This document shows, piece by piece, positions 12,492-24,400 of a stretch of DNA of 64,000 bases; within the stretch, counting starts at the first letter, position 1, and the number at the start of each line of letters is the position of its first letter. The translations under genes were made by a program, and so were the position numbers. Origin of the DNA: Emiliania huxleyi CCMP1516 (lineage: Eukaryota); contig NW_005202428.1 of the NCBI RefSeq assembly GCF_000372725.1, positions 2,469,791 to 2,533,790 on the forward strand, given 5' to 3'. The notes below the pieces were generated by a model, which saw only the letters and a list, made by a program, of their open reading frames with translations, was not told the DNA's origin and searched no databases.

Positions 12492-13929
12492 CTAGCTCGA
12501 CGGAGAGTCGGAGTCCGACCCGCCGCCGCCCTCCAACCCGCCGCCCCGCAGCAGCGCGGCACGGTGGGCCTCCTCCTGCGCCGGCAGCAGCACTCTCGGG
12601 AAGACCCACTTGCCGCTCCTAGAGGCCGACAGCTGTGAGTCGGCAAACAGAACGCAGTCCAGCTGCCGCCCTGCCCCTTCTCGGACCGCGGCCGGCGCGC
12701 CATCGCGTCGGCGCGGCAGCGGCAATACGCGGCGCGCTGCCCCTCCGGCAGCGCCTGCAGCGCCGCCTCGTGCTCCCGCTCCAGCCGGCCAATCTCGGCG
12801 GCGAGCCGCAGCGGCGCCTCCTCGCCGAAGGCGTGCACCGCGCCGCGCAGCACGTTGAACGAGTTTTGGGCGACGTCCTTCTCGTAATCGAACAGGTCGT
12901 CTGCCACGTCGGTGAGCACCTCGTCCACGCGCAGAAACGCGCGCAGCTGCGGCGAGGGCGGCGCCGCGCTGAGCGAGCCTGTTCACGGCTCCTGCTCACG
13001 GTGAGTGAGGGAGCAGGACGCCGGTGAACTGGACCGCTGGCCGAGCCGAGCAGCGCGTGCAACACTCTGTAGTCGAAGCTCTTGAGCGAGCTCGCCTCCA
13101 GCACCTCCCCCCACCCGACCGGCTCTCGCCTGTCCTCGCAGCGGCAGGCGTGAAGAGACGCTGTTCACGCGCAGCTCCTGCGCCCACCCGACAAGCGGGC
13201 GCCTGCAGGAAGGTTCCGAGACGGCTCCCAGAAGGCTCCGGGCAGCACCTCCTCCGAGCCGACCGGTCGCCGCAGCATCGCCGCACACAGCCGCCGCTCG
13301 AGCGCCCAGTACTCTCTCCCGGCGGCGAGCTCCGCCTCCACCTCGGGCAGCAGCAGCCCCTCGCCCTCGAGCACGGCGCGCAGCGCCGCCTCCGTCGGGC
13401 CAGCCGCCTCCGCCTCTCGCCTTCCCCTCCGCGCGAGCTCCTCATTGTCCTGGTCGAGCTGGTAGATGGCCGCCTCGACAAACGTGAGCTGCGGCAGCCA
13501 GCGGAAGAAGTCGACCTGCGCCAGCCCGTGCAGCGGCAGGTAGAACTTGCTAAAGTCGTCGAGGGTCGTCCGCGCGCGGCGCAGTGAGTCGAACGAGACG
13601 ACGGGCGCATCCACGCCAGGCGGTGCGGCGGCAGGCGGGCCGCTGCGCGCGGCGAGGAAGAGGCGGTGGAGCACGCGCAGGGGGAGTTCAGCGAGGCTGG
13701 CGCTGGGACCGTCCGCGTCGACGAGGCGGCAGGCGAACCGGTCAAAGGTCCGAGCTCTGCCCACCTCGGCCACCACAGCGCTCGCCAGCGGCCCGCACAC
13801 GCTGTCGTCCGGGTAGTGCGGCCGCAGCAGCCGCGAGACCGCGTCGACGCGCTGAAGCTGCGCGAGCTTTGCCATTAAGCTCTCGCCCACGCTTTGTGCG
13901 CTGGGGGCGACGCCCGCCTGCTCGGCCAT
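12492..13929 (-). CDS. Conserved-looking hypothetical protein with Asp-rich DDLFDYEKD motif (possible isoprenoid-synthase-like fold)
   Basis: Spliced exons: FYLPLHGL..FFRWLPQLTFVEAAIYQLD; YWALER; KSFDYRVLH; DEVLTDVADDLFDYEKDVAQNSFNVLR. Confidence 0.7.
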
Positions 13930-14549
13930 GCGAAGCCACCACTGCGGGCGTGGTGGCGGCGACGTCCACAAGCGGCGGCGGCGATGGGGGCGAGGAGGAC
14001 GGCAAAAGTGACGCCAATCCTAGGGGCCGCCCTGGCCCGGAGTCGCCACCGCGGATATCCGCTCGGCCGAGGTAGCAGTGGCCCAGGCAGCCCTTCGCCG
14101 TGCCGCCACGGGCGGTTGCGCGGCGGTTCGAGTGCCTCGAGACGACTCGAAAGCGATCTGTGTCGTCCGATTTCGCGTCGCGATCGACCGTCTCCCTGTG
14201 CGGCTCTCTCAGCGTGTTGTCGAGCAGAGGCGGCCGAGCGCATCCGAGAAACCGCCCTCTCGCGCTCGAAGGGCGCCACCGCCGGCCCAACCGTGCTGTG
14301 CCGGTCGGCTGCGGCGCCGGAGACACCGGGAGCGCCTCGCGAGCGGCGCGCACGACCCGTGCGCCTCTTCCCGCGCGCCGTCACCCCTTCTCGCTCGCCG
14401 CGCCACCTTCTGCTGCCGCAACCTCCCTCCGGAGCCGGCTGCTGCCATTATCCGCCGCCGGCCGGCCCTCCGGTCACCTCGTCGAGTGCTCGCCGCTCGC
14501 GCGAGCTCGAGGCGCCGCCCTCCTTTCGTGCCGGCCGGTGTCCCCGCGG

Positions 14550-16110
14550 GCTCGGGTAGCTTCCCTCTGAGAGAAGTCCGTGCGGGCGGTGAGAGAAGGT
14601 GCCGCGTGTGGCTTTGGTGTACGTATAGAGCGTGCTGTACCAGCTCTCGTGTCCACACAGCAGGACACACACAGCTGCGACATAGCCGAAGCCGCGCCTC
14701 TCCCATCACGCATGCGCGCGGGGCGCAGAGTGTCATCATGCAGTGTTGGTCGGGAAACAGTACAGACGCGTCCGGACCGTATGTACAGAGGGCGACCGCT
14801 CTCACCGCGCGCGCGTCGTGACATGTCGCGCGGGCTGACACGGCGGCCGCGAGGCATGCGCTAATCGGCCTCTGTGCTGCGTGCCACGCCGCCTCCCGGC
14901 CAGCGCGGGCGACCGCGGCGCGCAGCTCGTCTTCCGCGATGCAAGCATCGGGCAGCGAGCGGGCGGTGGGCGGCTGAGGCGGGGCCGCGGGCGGCGGCAT
15001 CACCTGCGGCAAGGAGTGGCGCGAGGGGCTCGAGCTCACGCGAGGTGCAAGCGGCGAAGGCGGAGGAGGGGTCACCAGACCGGCTGCGGCGACCGGTGGA
15101 GGGCGATCACGACAGCAGCCCCGATGAGGAGGACGAAGACGGTCGTCAGCACGTTCGACGCGTGTGTGAAGATGGCCACGCGCTCCTGCTGCAGCTGCGC
15201 GAGCCGCCGTTCGGCGGTGCCGGTGTCGCGCCCGCCGCTGCGGATCGTGCTACGCGCAACGGTGGGAGGCTGTGAGATTAACTTAGTTCGAGAGCTTCTC
15301 CTGCGCTGGAGGCTCACTCGAGGTGTGCTCGCATCTCTTCCCTGTTGGCCGCGTAGTTTGCCGAAGCCATCGAGAGCGCAAAGTCGACGAAGCCCTTCGA
15401 CAGCATATGCAGGCCGGTGGCGTCACCGCCATCACCGCCTCCGCCGCCGCCGCCGCCGCCGTCGCCGACGACGCCGTCACCGCCTCCGCCGCCGCCGCCG
15501 ACGCCGCCGACGATGCCGTCGCCGCCGTCGCCGTCGCCGCCGTCCGCATCGCCGCCGCCAGCATCGCCGCCGCCAGCGACGACCGACACCATCCCGTGTC
15601 CTCCACCGCCCGGCGGCACGAGCGAGGCGGGTGGCACAGCCGAAGAGGCATCGCGCCTCCTGCCCAGAGGCCGGCGACGGGGCTGCAGCGACCCGCTCGG
15701 CACCGACATGGCGTGAGGCGAGCTGATCAGAGTGTGTGCGAGCCCTCTCCCGACCTCCGCCGCGTGCACCCGACCTCCGCGGTACCTGTCGCATGGGGCA
15801 CGCGGGAGGTGCGCCTTCCGTACGGAGCTCGCGCGGCCTGCCGCGCGATGCGCCCGCCGAGCGTGTCTTGCGCGCGAGCGGAGCGGCGCGCCTAGCGCGA
15901 GCGAGCGTAGAGTTGGGATGGAGAGCTCTCGCGTCGCGATCTCAGGGTCGCGAGGGGTCGGCCTAAGCTACCTGCACGCGCCGCGAGCCCGGAGGCTGCA
16001 CGAGAACCCGCGCGGCGAGATGTCTGGAGCCCGGAGCGCCGGCGGCTCGACGAGCCGCTCGCGGCGATGCGCCGTGTGGGAGCACGAGGTGGCCAGGAGC
16101 GCGCTCCTTT
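14550..16110 (-). CDS. Possible multi-exon hypothetical membrane protein with Gly/Asp-rich low-complexity stretch
   Basis: Coding-like segments (LSKGFVDFALSMASANYAANREEMRAHLE; VAIFTHASNVLTTVFVLLIGAAVVIAL as a TM helix). Boundaries approximate. Confidence 0.35.
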
Positions 16111-17878
16111 GAGGGCTCGGCTAGGGGTAGCGAGCTGCCCCTGTCGGCGCGCAGCGGTGCCGCGGCGGTGCGCGTGGAGCGCAGGCCAGCGAAACCTGGA
16201 ATCGCCGATTCCAGGTTTGGGCCACTGCGAGCGCCCGCACGCGGTGGTGCCCAGGCCGGTGGTTTATTTTTTCGCTCGTAGAATTCTTCGTCCGTGCCTC
16301 GTGTCGTAAAAAGAAAGAAAGAAACAGACAACCCAAGGGAGTCGTGCGAGGGAGTTTCGAAATTCAAATTTCTTTTCTAACGCGGCTGGTGCTCGTTGAG
16401 ACTTTGGTGGCATTGCACCGCCCACCAAGGTCCAAGCAGTTTCTCCACGTGTTCGCCAAGGAGGCGGCGGGCAGCAAGACGGACCGGACGGAGTACGGGG
16501 CGGCGTCGGCGAGCGCCTCCTCCTTCGTCGTCCACCACACACAACAGACAACAAAACAACTTCGCTCTCACCTGGCAACCCTGCCTGTGGCTGCACGTCT
16601 CGCGCGCCTGAGTTGGCAAGGTAAGGGGAATGATCAGAATGGCAAGGCTCGGAATGCGTTCTCAGAACGTTCAGAACACCGGCGGCTGGGCCCGCCTGAG
16701 GCGCTGAGACCCGGAGCCTCTCTCTCGGCACTAGCAGCAGACAGGCACAGGGACAGTGACGCGGCTCATCAGTCCTCCCTCAGCCCGACCTCGGACGGAA
16801 GACTACAAAGGTCGCAGGAATGATCAGAACGGCATCCAGGCGGCACCGGCCCTACGACTCGGACCCTGCCACAGCCCATCCCCCCAAGGCAGCCCACCGC
16901 CCACCGCCCGCGGCCCCAGCCGGTCCGACCTCTTCACACGGCGACGATTGCGCCGCCGGCCGCCGCTGGCAGGGCCGCCGCCTCCGTCGGCGCCAGAACA
17001 GGCTCGAGCAGCAGCCACGACTCGTACTCTGCCGACGGCGAGCCGTCGTACATCGACGACTCGAGCGAGAGGTCCGTCGCCGCGCGAGGGTGTCGGATGT
17101 CGTTGGCGTGTTGGCGGGCCCTTTGGTATGCGCGCGGAGCGAAAAAGAAAACGGTCGGGCGCGAGGGCGGCCGCGGAAGGCGGCCGCGGAACCCGCAGGA
17201 CACCGCGAGGGAGGGCACAGGGGGGCAGGGTAGCGAACAGCCCTTATATGCAATACGGGACAGCCACCCACTCAAAGCACTCACCCGGGTTACCCGGCCG
17301 CGCGGCCGGCCACCTGGGTCGGTCCGAGGCGCGAGGGTGTTCCAGGAATGATCAGAATGGCGAGGGCCAGAACGTGTTCATGTACTAGTCAGAACGGACC
17401 CCAGTTGCCGATCCTGCCAACTCAGTCGCGCGCGCGTGAACAGGGCTCCAGGCCCCAAATTACGTGTGAGTGTTAGAGTTGTTTGGTATTGCTAAAAATC
17501 TCTCTCTCCCGCAGCAGATCTCCATGGCGGCGGTGGCGGGCGACGCCGAGAACATCAACAAGCAGGCGCGCAATGTGCGTAAAGACTGGCTCAACTCCCC
17601 AGCGCGTGCCAATTGGGTCAAGAACAAACAAGCAAGTGGCAAACGGCTTCTTACGCTCGGCCCCAGTGGGGGGTGCCCGCGCCGCCTAGCTCTGCGGACG
17701 GCCCCCCCAACCCTTCGTGTAATCATGTAGTCCCCACAATCGCTGACGTGGGATCGCTTGTCATGTGAGATATGCGTTGTGTTCTTGTTTCGTATCGGCA
17801 CTTGGAGCACTTGCGGTCATTAACCTCACGTGACGAGCGGCTTTCTCTTTTCTTCAAGCTCTTGCCTGGCCCAGCGAC

Positions 17879-20289
17879 ATGAGCGTGCCGTTGCTTCTCA
17901 CACAACACAACTTTTCGTCGGCTCTACACGCGCACTCGCCGCTCCTCGTCCTCTACCTGGCCGCCGGCTCGCTCCCGCCAGAGCCGCCAGGCGCTTTGGC
18001 GGCCGCGGCGCAGCTCCTGGGCCATGGCAGCGGGGCCGTGGCGCTGTGCGACGACGAGGTGCTCGCAAGCTCCGCGGGCGTCGTTGCACTGCCAGCGCTG
18101 CGGCTGCACCACCACGCCGTGGACGGCGCGGAGGTGTACAAGGGCAACTTTGTCGCGTGGGAGATGGCGGCATTTGTGAGGCGGCACGCGCGAAGCGAGC
18201 CGCAGGAGGTCAACACCGGGCGCGAGCTGGCGGCGGAGGCGGAGGCCGCGGAGGGCGGCGCGCTCGTCCTCTTCTCGTCCGACTCGTCCGATGCGCCCGC
18301 AGCGCGCCGCGCTCTCGCCGCGCTCGCTGCGGACGGTGCTCTGCGCCGAACCGGCTTCATTGTTGCTCCCGCGGGCCTCTTCTCGAGGTGGTGCCCGCCG
18401 CCGCTCGACAGCGATGCGGGCCCGTGCGAGCCGACGGCGGAGGACGAGCGCCTGCACGCCGCCGCCTCCCTCCCGCCCACGCGCGCCGGCCCACGGCCCT
18501 CGCCCTCCTCCGCACGCGTCGTGCTGCTGCGGAGGGGCGAGGCTGTCGGGTTCGAGGGAGACGTGCGAGACGAGGCGGAGCTGCTAGGCACTTCCGAGGA
18601 CACTTTCTAGACACTTGTTCACTCCCTTCCCACTCCCTCGGCACTCTTCCTGGACACCTCGTGGACACCTCGTGGACACCTCGTGGACACCTCGTGGACA
18701 CCCTCCTCTTCTTAGGCGCAGCTCCGCGCCTTCCTCCGGCGGCACCACACGCCCCTCCTCGCAGAGGTGTCGCCCTCAACCTACGAGCTGTACCGCGCGT
18801 CTCTCTCCGCACCAGCCAGGGGCGAGACCGCCGGCGGCCAGGAGACCGGCGGCGAGGAGGGCGGGGCGGAGGGTGGCGGGGCGGAGGGTGGCGGGGCGGA
18901 GGGTGGCGGGGCGCCCGAGGTCGGGCTTCCGATGGTGTGGCTATTGCTGAATGCCTCTTCGGCCGACGCGCTGCAGGCGTCGCACACTGCGAGGGCGGCT
19001 CACACTGCTGTGGCTCATTCGCAGTCCTGCCTGCTTTGCGATCAGGCGGCGCACACTGCGCGGGTGGGCGCGGTGCTGCGGCGCGTTGCCCTCGCGATGA
19101 GAGGCGACGCCCCCCCTTTGGGGAGGCGGACTTTCTTTTGATGTGGTCACAGCTCCGTTTGTGCACCTGCAGGCGAGGCCCTCTTCGGCTGGATCGACGC
19201 GAACAGGCACCGGCACCACCTGCCAGTCTCCGCACGGATCCCCGCCCTCGCGGCCGACCACGCCAACCTCCACTACGTCTACCCCCTCCCGCTCGACTTC
19301 CTGCCCGCACACACCGCTGCCGCTGCCGTGGCGGCCGACGGCGGCGTCGCGGCAGCAGACTCCACTACCGACGCCGCGGCGCCCGACGCCGGCAAAGAAC
19401 GCGGCGAGCTGTCGCCCCCCCGGCTGCGAGATGCGACTCCTCACAGGCATTCTGCCAAGCAGGCGCCTACCACGGCGAGCTCTACGCGCCGGTGATGCAG
19501 TGGGCCCGCTCGGTCGCCGCCGGCTCGCTGCCGCCGACGCTCCGGTCCGAGGAGCCTCCGCTCGACAACCTGGGCCCTGTGGTGCGGCTGGTCGGCAGCA
19601 CGCTCGAGCCGCTCGCGCTTCGCTCCGCGGCGGACGTGCTGTTGTGCGTGCACGCGCCGTGGGACGAGGTTGCATCGAGCCGAGACCGAGCCAGAGATCT
19701 GGCGGAGGTGTGGCGGAGGTGTGGCCGGGGTGTGCTCGCGCCGCGAGACGAGGGGGGCGAGCCGGAGGCGCTCACACCGCCTCGGACTCGCTGCCCGCAC
19801 CCGCAGGTGGACGTGCTGCCCGAGCTCGAGGTGTTCGCCCGCCTCTGGGCGCACGAGCGGCGCGTGCGGGTCGCATCGATCGACGTGTCTCGCAATGACT
19901 TGCCGCGCCGCCTCCGCCTCGAGCGCACGCCCGCCCTCCTCTTCTTCCGCGGCGACGAGCCCGCGTCGGCGGCGCGACTTCTCCGCCGTCCAGAGGCCCT
20001 CCCGAGGACGCGGGCTTACCCGCGGCCGCCCCCCTCCTAGGCTCCGCGAGACTTCTCCGCCGTCGCGTCGCGCGACGCCCTGATGGAGCACGTGCTCGAG
20101 CACACCTCGATCAAGGGCCTCGAGCGACCCGTCGACACCGAGCAGCTGCGCGAGCTTGTCGGTGCGTTGCCGAGGCTCGCGGCCGACGCGCAGCGGTTGC
20201 TGCAGGAGAACGAGCGCCTCTCCGCGGAGCTGGACAAGGCCAGGGCGCGCCTCGACGCGCACGCGGGTGGCCCCTCGGCGGGCTCCTAG
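17879..20289 (+). CDS. Protein disulfide-isomerase-like multi-thioredoxin-fold protein lacking CxxC, with C-terminal coiled coil
   Basis: LTQHNFSS..LLVLY start; LRSEEPPLDNLGPVVRLVGSTL..DVLLCVHAPWDE..VRVASIDVSRNDL..PALLFF resembles the PDI x-linker and a' domain. Multiple introns. Confidence 0.72.
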
Positions 20290-20686
20290 AGCCATCTATG
20301 GGGGGTCTGGGGAGCGTTCAAACGGCGAGGCAGTCGTCGGCGCATGAGACTGAGCAGGCGCCCGTGCGCCGCCGCCAAGTCTCGCCGTCGGCGTTCCTGG
20401 ACCTTGAGGACACCCGTCCCGCTCCCCGGGGAGCGTGGAGCGCGCGCAGCCCGCAGCGCGCAGGGAGCATCGAGCAAGCAGCCGCATTGTGATTTGTGTC
20501 AGTCGACAGTCCGGAGTCCCAGTGAACTCTTTCAACAATTTCTTGGGATCTGAGAATTTCTTCTCCATCAGCAATCGCGCGAAAATATATCGCACCCCGC
20601 CGCGACCCGGTCTAGAGGGGGGCAAAACCTTCCATGGATCATGCTTCATATGCCCGGAGCACCGTACATCGCATGTAGTGGGACAG

Positions 20687-21238
20687 CTATATCAACGTAC
20701 CTTTTCCAGCTTCCCCTCTCTTGTTCGGAATCGCCGCCTCGCCTCGTCGCCAAAACTCTTTGCCTAACCGCCGGCTCGCCGCCGTCTTGACTCCCGCTTG
20801 GACGTCGGACAGGTAATCCTGAAGAAAGCAGAAATTGCCGAGATAGCACATCGCGCAGAGGATCAGGGCGACGATGCAAAACATTTGCAAGGTTTCTTGA
20901 TCGTCTGCGTGGTGCCGGATCGTCTTCTCCTCCTCTGTCTCATTCGCAAAAATCCGCTCGTCCTCCTCCTCCTTCTTCCTCCTCGATCTCCCAAGCATGG
21001 CGCCGCTCGCAAGCATGGAGCGCGCGTGCTCTGAGCGTACAGCAGGCTCGGAGAGCACGCGTGGCGAGCGCGAGGCGGACGGCTGCGGCGAGAGCGAGGC
21101 GGGCGGCTGCGGCGAGGGCGAGGCGGTCGGCTGCCACACCGCATTGCCCGCGGTCGCACGGACGCTGTCGTCGAACATGAGAGCGACCAGGCATCGGCGC
21201 ATCACGAAGCGAGCCCGCGTGGGTGAGACTTTGGACAT
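20687..21238 (-). CDS. Hypothetical protein with one predicted TM segment
   Basis: ORF with an acidic/basic stretch and a hydrophobic MFCIVALILCAMCYLGNFCFL segment. No domain recognised. Confidence 0.3.
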   Translation of the reverse strand: MSKVSPTRARFVMRRCLVALMFDDSVRATAGNAVWQPTASPSPQPPASLSPQPSASRSPRVLSEPAVRSEHARSMLASGAMLGRSRRKKEEEDERIFANETEEEKTIRHHADDQETLQMFCIVALILCAMCYLGNFCFLQDYLSDVQAGVKTAASRRLGKEFWRRGEAAIPNKRGEAGKGTLI

Positions 21239-21492
21239 GGGCCGCCTCTGGAGGTTCCTCCACTCTTGATTTTGGGTACGGCTTGAGCAGCTCTGGCTTG
21301 AGTGCTCTGAGGTGCGCGAACGCTTTCTTTTTTCGTTGCGTGCGCTTGAGGGGCCGAAAAGGGCTCGCAGGTTTCTTCTTCTCCTTAATCGAACAAATGA
21401 AGTGAGGAAAAAGAAACCGAGGTGAATCGGCCCTCCCTCGGCCTCCACCCCTTGCCATCGCCCAGAGCGATCGGCCTTCCCAAGTTACATCC

Positions 21493-24400
21493 ATGGGCAC
21501 CGCCCAGAGCGCACCCGTGGCTGGCGCGGTTCGCCCGCCCAGCGTGCGTCTCGATGCCAACGATGACGCGCCATACGAACGCGCCATGCTCGCCGCCCTC
21601 GACGCAAAGAAGCCGCTCCCAGTCCGCGCTGTCGGCGGGAAGAGTGCGAGTCTGATGAGGCTGTATTACGCCCGGCGTCTCGTCTTACGTGCCGGGCGGA
21701 TATGCCATCACCGTCGACTTTTTCGCAGAGTGGACTGCCGCTGTGACGGCGTCGAGGGAGTGGGCCGCCGCCGAGCCAAAGCTCGGGACGCCAGAGGGGC
21801 CACGGCTGTGCGTGGGCCTCAAGAGGCTGGCGCAGCGGCTGCCGCTGAGTGCCGCCCAGACCGCGTGCCTCGACACCGTCCGGCGAGCAATGGAGGCGTG
21901 GCCCGGCCGGCTGGCGGCGGTCCGCTCCTCGGCGCCAGAGGAGGACGGCACGGGCGCCTCGTTCGCCGGCGTCTTCGAGACAAAGCTCGGCGTCTCTCCC
22001 GAAGGCCTGGAGGCGGCGGTCCGGGCCTGCTTCGCGTCCGTCTTCGACCACCGCGTGTTCAGCTACGCCGGCGCGCACAAGCCCGCCTTCGCCGCCACCG
22101 TGATGGAGATGGTGGACGCAGCCACCGCCGGCGTGCCCTTCAGCGCCAACCCGCTCATCTCGGACCTCGACGAGATCATCAGTTCGCTGTCAATAGGCGT
22201 CGCCTTCAGTGCCAACCCGCTCAACTCGGACCTCGACGAGATGCTCGTCGACGCGGGCTACGGCCTCGGAGAATGCTTCATCGAGACGTACAGAGATGGC
22301 CTGAGATGAGCCGAGATGTGCCGAGATTAGGCCTCGGAGAAAGCGTCGTCGACGGCAGCATCGTCGCCGACCGCTTTGTGTGGGACAAGGTGGGCCATCG
22401 ATGACAATAGCAATCCTCACAATAGCGGCGAGAATGGCCGCAGTGCTAGTAGCAGACCGGTTCGTGCGGGTCAAGGTGGGCGGCCGGCTGCTCGAGAGCA
22501 AGGTGGGCAGCAAGGCGCAAGAGGTGCGGCTGGCGGCCGACGGCGGCGTCGAGGTGCGGCGCGTGGGTGCGGAGAGGCAGGCGGTGCGGAGCCTGTCCTC
22601 GGGGAACCTCGGGTAATCGGTGGTAATCTCGGGAGGATGGTGAGAGGCAGGCGGTGCGGAGCCTGTCAGACGAGCAGCTGCGGCAGCTGGCTGCGCTCGT
22701 CGCCGCCGTCGAAGGCGCGCGGCAGAAGTAGTCTGCAGCTGCACCGGGCGAGCAGCCATACCTCACCACGCCACGCCGCTCAACGAGGCGCGTACGGACG
22801 GCCGATGGACACCGAGTGGGCGTACACGGAGGCAGGCGAGCTGCGGCTCCTGCAGGCACGGCCAGTCACGACGCTGCACCCGCTCGACGAGGCGATGATC
22901 ACGCCTCCGGGCGAGCCGCGCCGGCTGTACTACGACTTCAACGTCGCGAGCGAGGCGATGCGACCACTTCGCCCCTCACTCTAGCGACGACCACTTCGCC
23001 CCTCACTACGATCGTCCTCGCGCCTTGCCTTCTCATGGAAGAGGCCGCTGCTAGGCGACGACCACCTCGCCCTTCACTTGCCTCGACCTCGCGGTCTACT
23101 CGGACATGTCGCTCGCCTTCCTCGGCCTGGCGGGCGCGCGCATCCCCACCGACCCGGAGCAGGTCTTCTTCAACGGCCAGACGCGCCAGTACATCAACAT
23201 GTCCCACGCCTTCCGCCTCGTCGGGCCGCGCTGGTTCGCGAGCCAGCTCGAGATGGTGTGCGGCCCCTCGGCCAGCCTCTTGCTCCTCTCGGGAGCATCA
23301 CCTGATCATCACGCAGGCCGAGCATCGGAAGTCGAGCCGTCTCTCGGCCTCAGGTGGACGTCTACCTGGCGGCCATCCTGCGCGGGGACGACTGCGACGC
23401 CGCCAAGTGCAAGAGCGCGGAATGAGTACCCCATTTAACAACGACTGATCATTCATCAAGCCGGCAGGTACAAGAGCGCGCGGCTTCCCTCCGGCCTCAG
23501 CTTCGGCAGCGTGTGGGGGCTGCTGCGCCAGATGCCGATGTGGCGGCAGTACCAGCTCGGCTCGCGCTGGGAGCGCGCGCCACTCGAGACCAAGGCGGAG
23601 TGCCGCCAGAGTGCCCGAGATCTGGCCGAGATGCAGCCGAGATGCAGCCGAGATGCAGACGAGATGCAGCCGAGATGCAGCCGAGATGCAGCCGCGTGTG
23701 TGAGCCGCGCCTGTTCATGGCCCGTTCATGGCGTGCGGACACAGGCGGAGTACATCTCCGAGGCGCGCCGCAGCTCGGAGGCGCTGAAGGCGCTCGAGGA
23801 GCGCGGCGTCACCTCGGCGGGCTTCGAGTCCTTCTACGCCGAGCTGCTCGCCGCCGTCTACCCCGTGCTCGAGCTCGAGATGGCGGTGATGCAGGTGGTC
23901 CCGTCTTCGAGGCGATCTCGCGCAATCTCGGGTAACCTCGGGTAACCTCGCGTAATCTCGGGCAGGTGATCATCCCCGTCTTCAAGGCGCTCGACACGGC
24001 GCGCGTCAAGGGGAGGACGGCGCAGGAGGGGGAGGAGGCGGGAGGAGTCGTGCGGTCGAGGTGCGGGCAGCGTCTCTCGACGGCAGCGGCCGAGCCTGTA
24101 GGAGCGGGAGGAGGCGGACGCCTTGTGCGGCGGTTTCGAGGAGGACCCGCTCATGCAGATGAACATGCAGATGTGCGACGACCTCGACCACCGCACACGA
24201 CCCCTCCACACGCGTCTGCCTCCACCTCTCCCCGCCCAACTCGTTCAACAGGTACGACCTCGCGCACTTGCTGCCTCCCTCGGTCTGGGCAGAGTACGGT
24301 GAGGAGGGCCTCCCCGCGCTGACGGGTCGGATCCTCGCCAACGTGGCGCCGCCGCCGGACCGGCCTATGTGACACAGCCCTGGACACACGAGTCGGTTGA

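Noticed and set aside
15417..15716. Pro-rich plus-strand ORF (extensin-like)
   Set aside because: GCC/GTC trinucleotide low complexity; the flanking coding-like sequence favours the minus strand.
16260..17720. Region with recurring GAATGATCAGAA motifs and short ORFs
   Set aside because: Looks like a transposon remnant, but I could not define TIRs, a TSD or a transposase motif.
17830..20040. 736-aa ORF as a single protein
   Set aside because: It reads through introns and mixes frames; only parts correspond to exons of the PDI-like gene.
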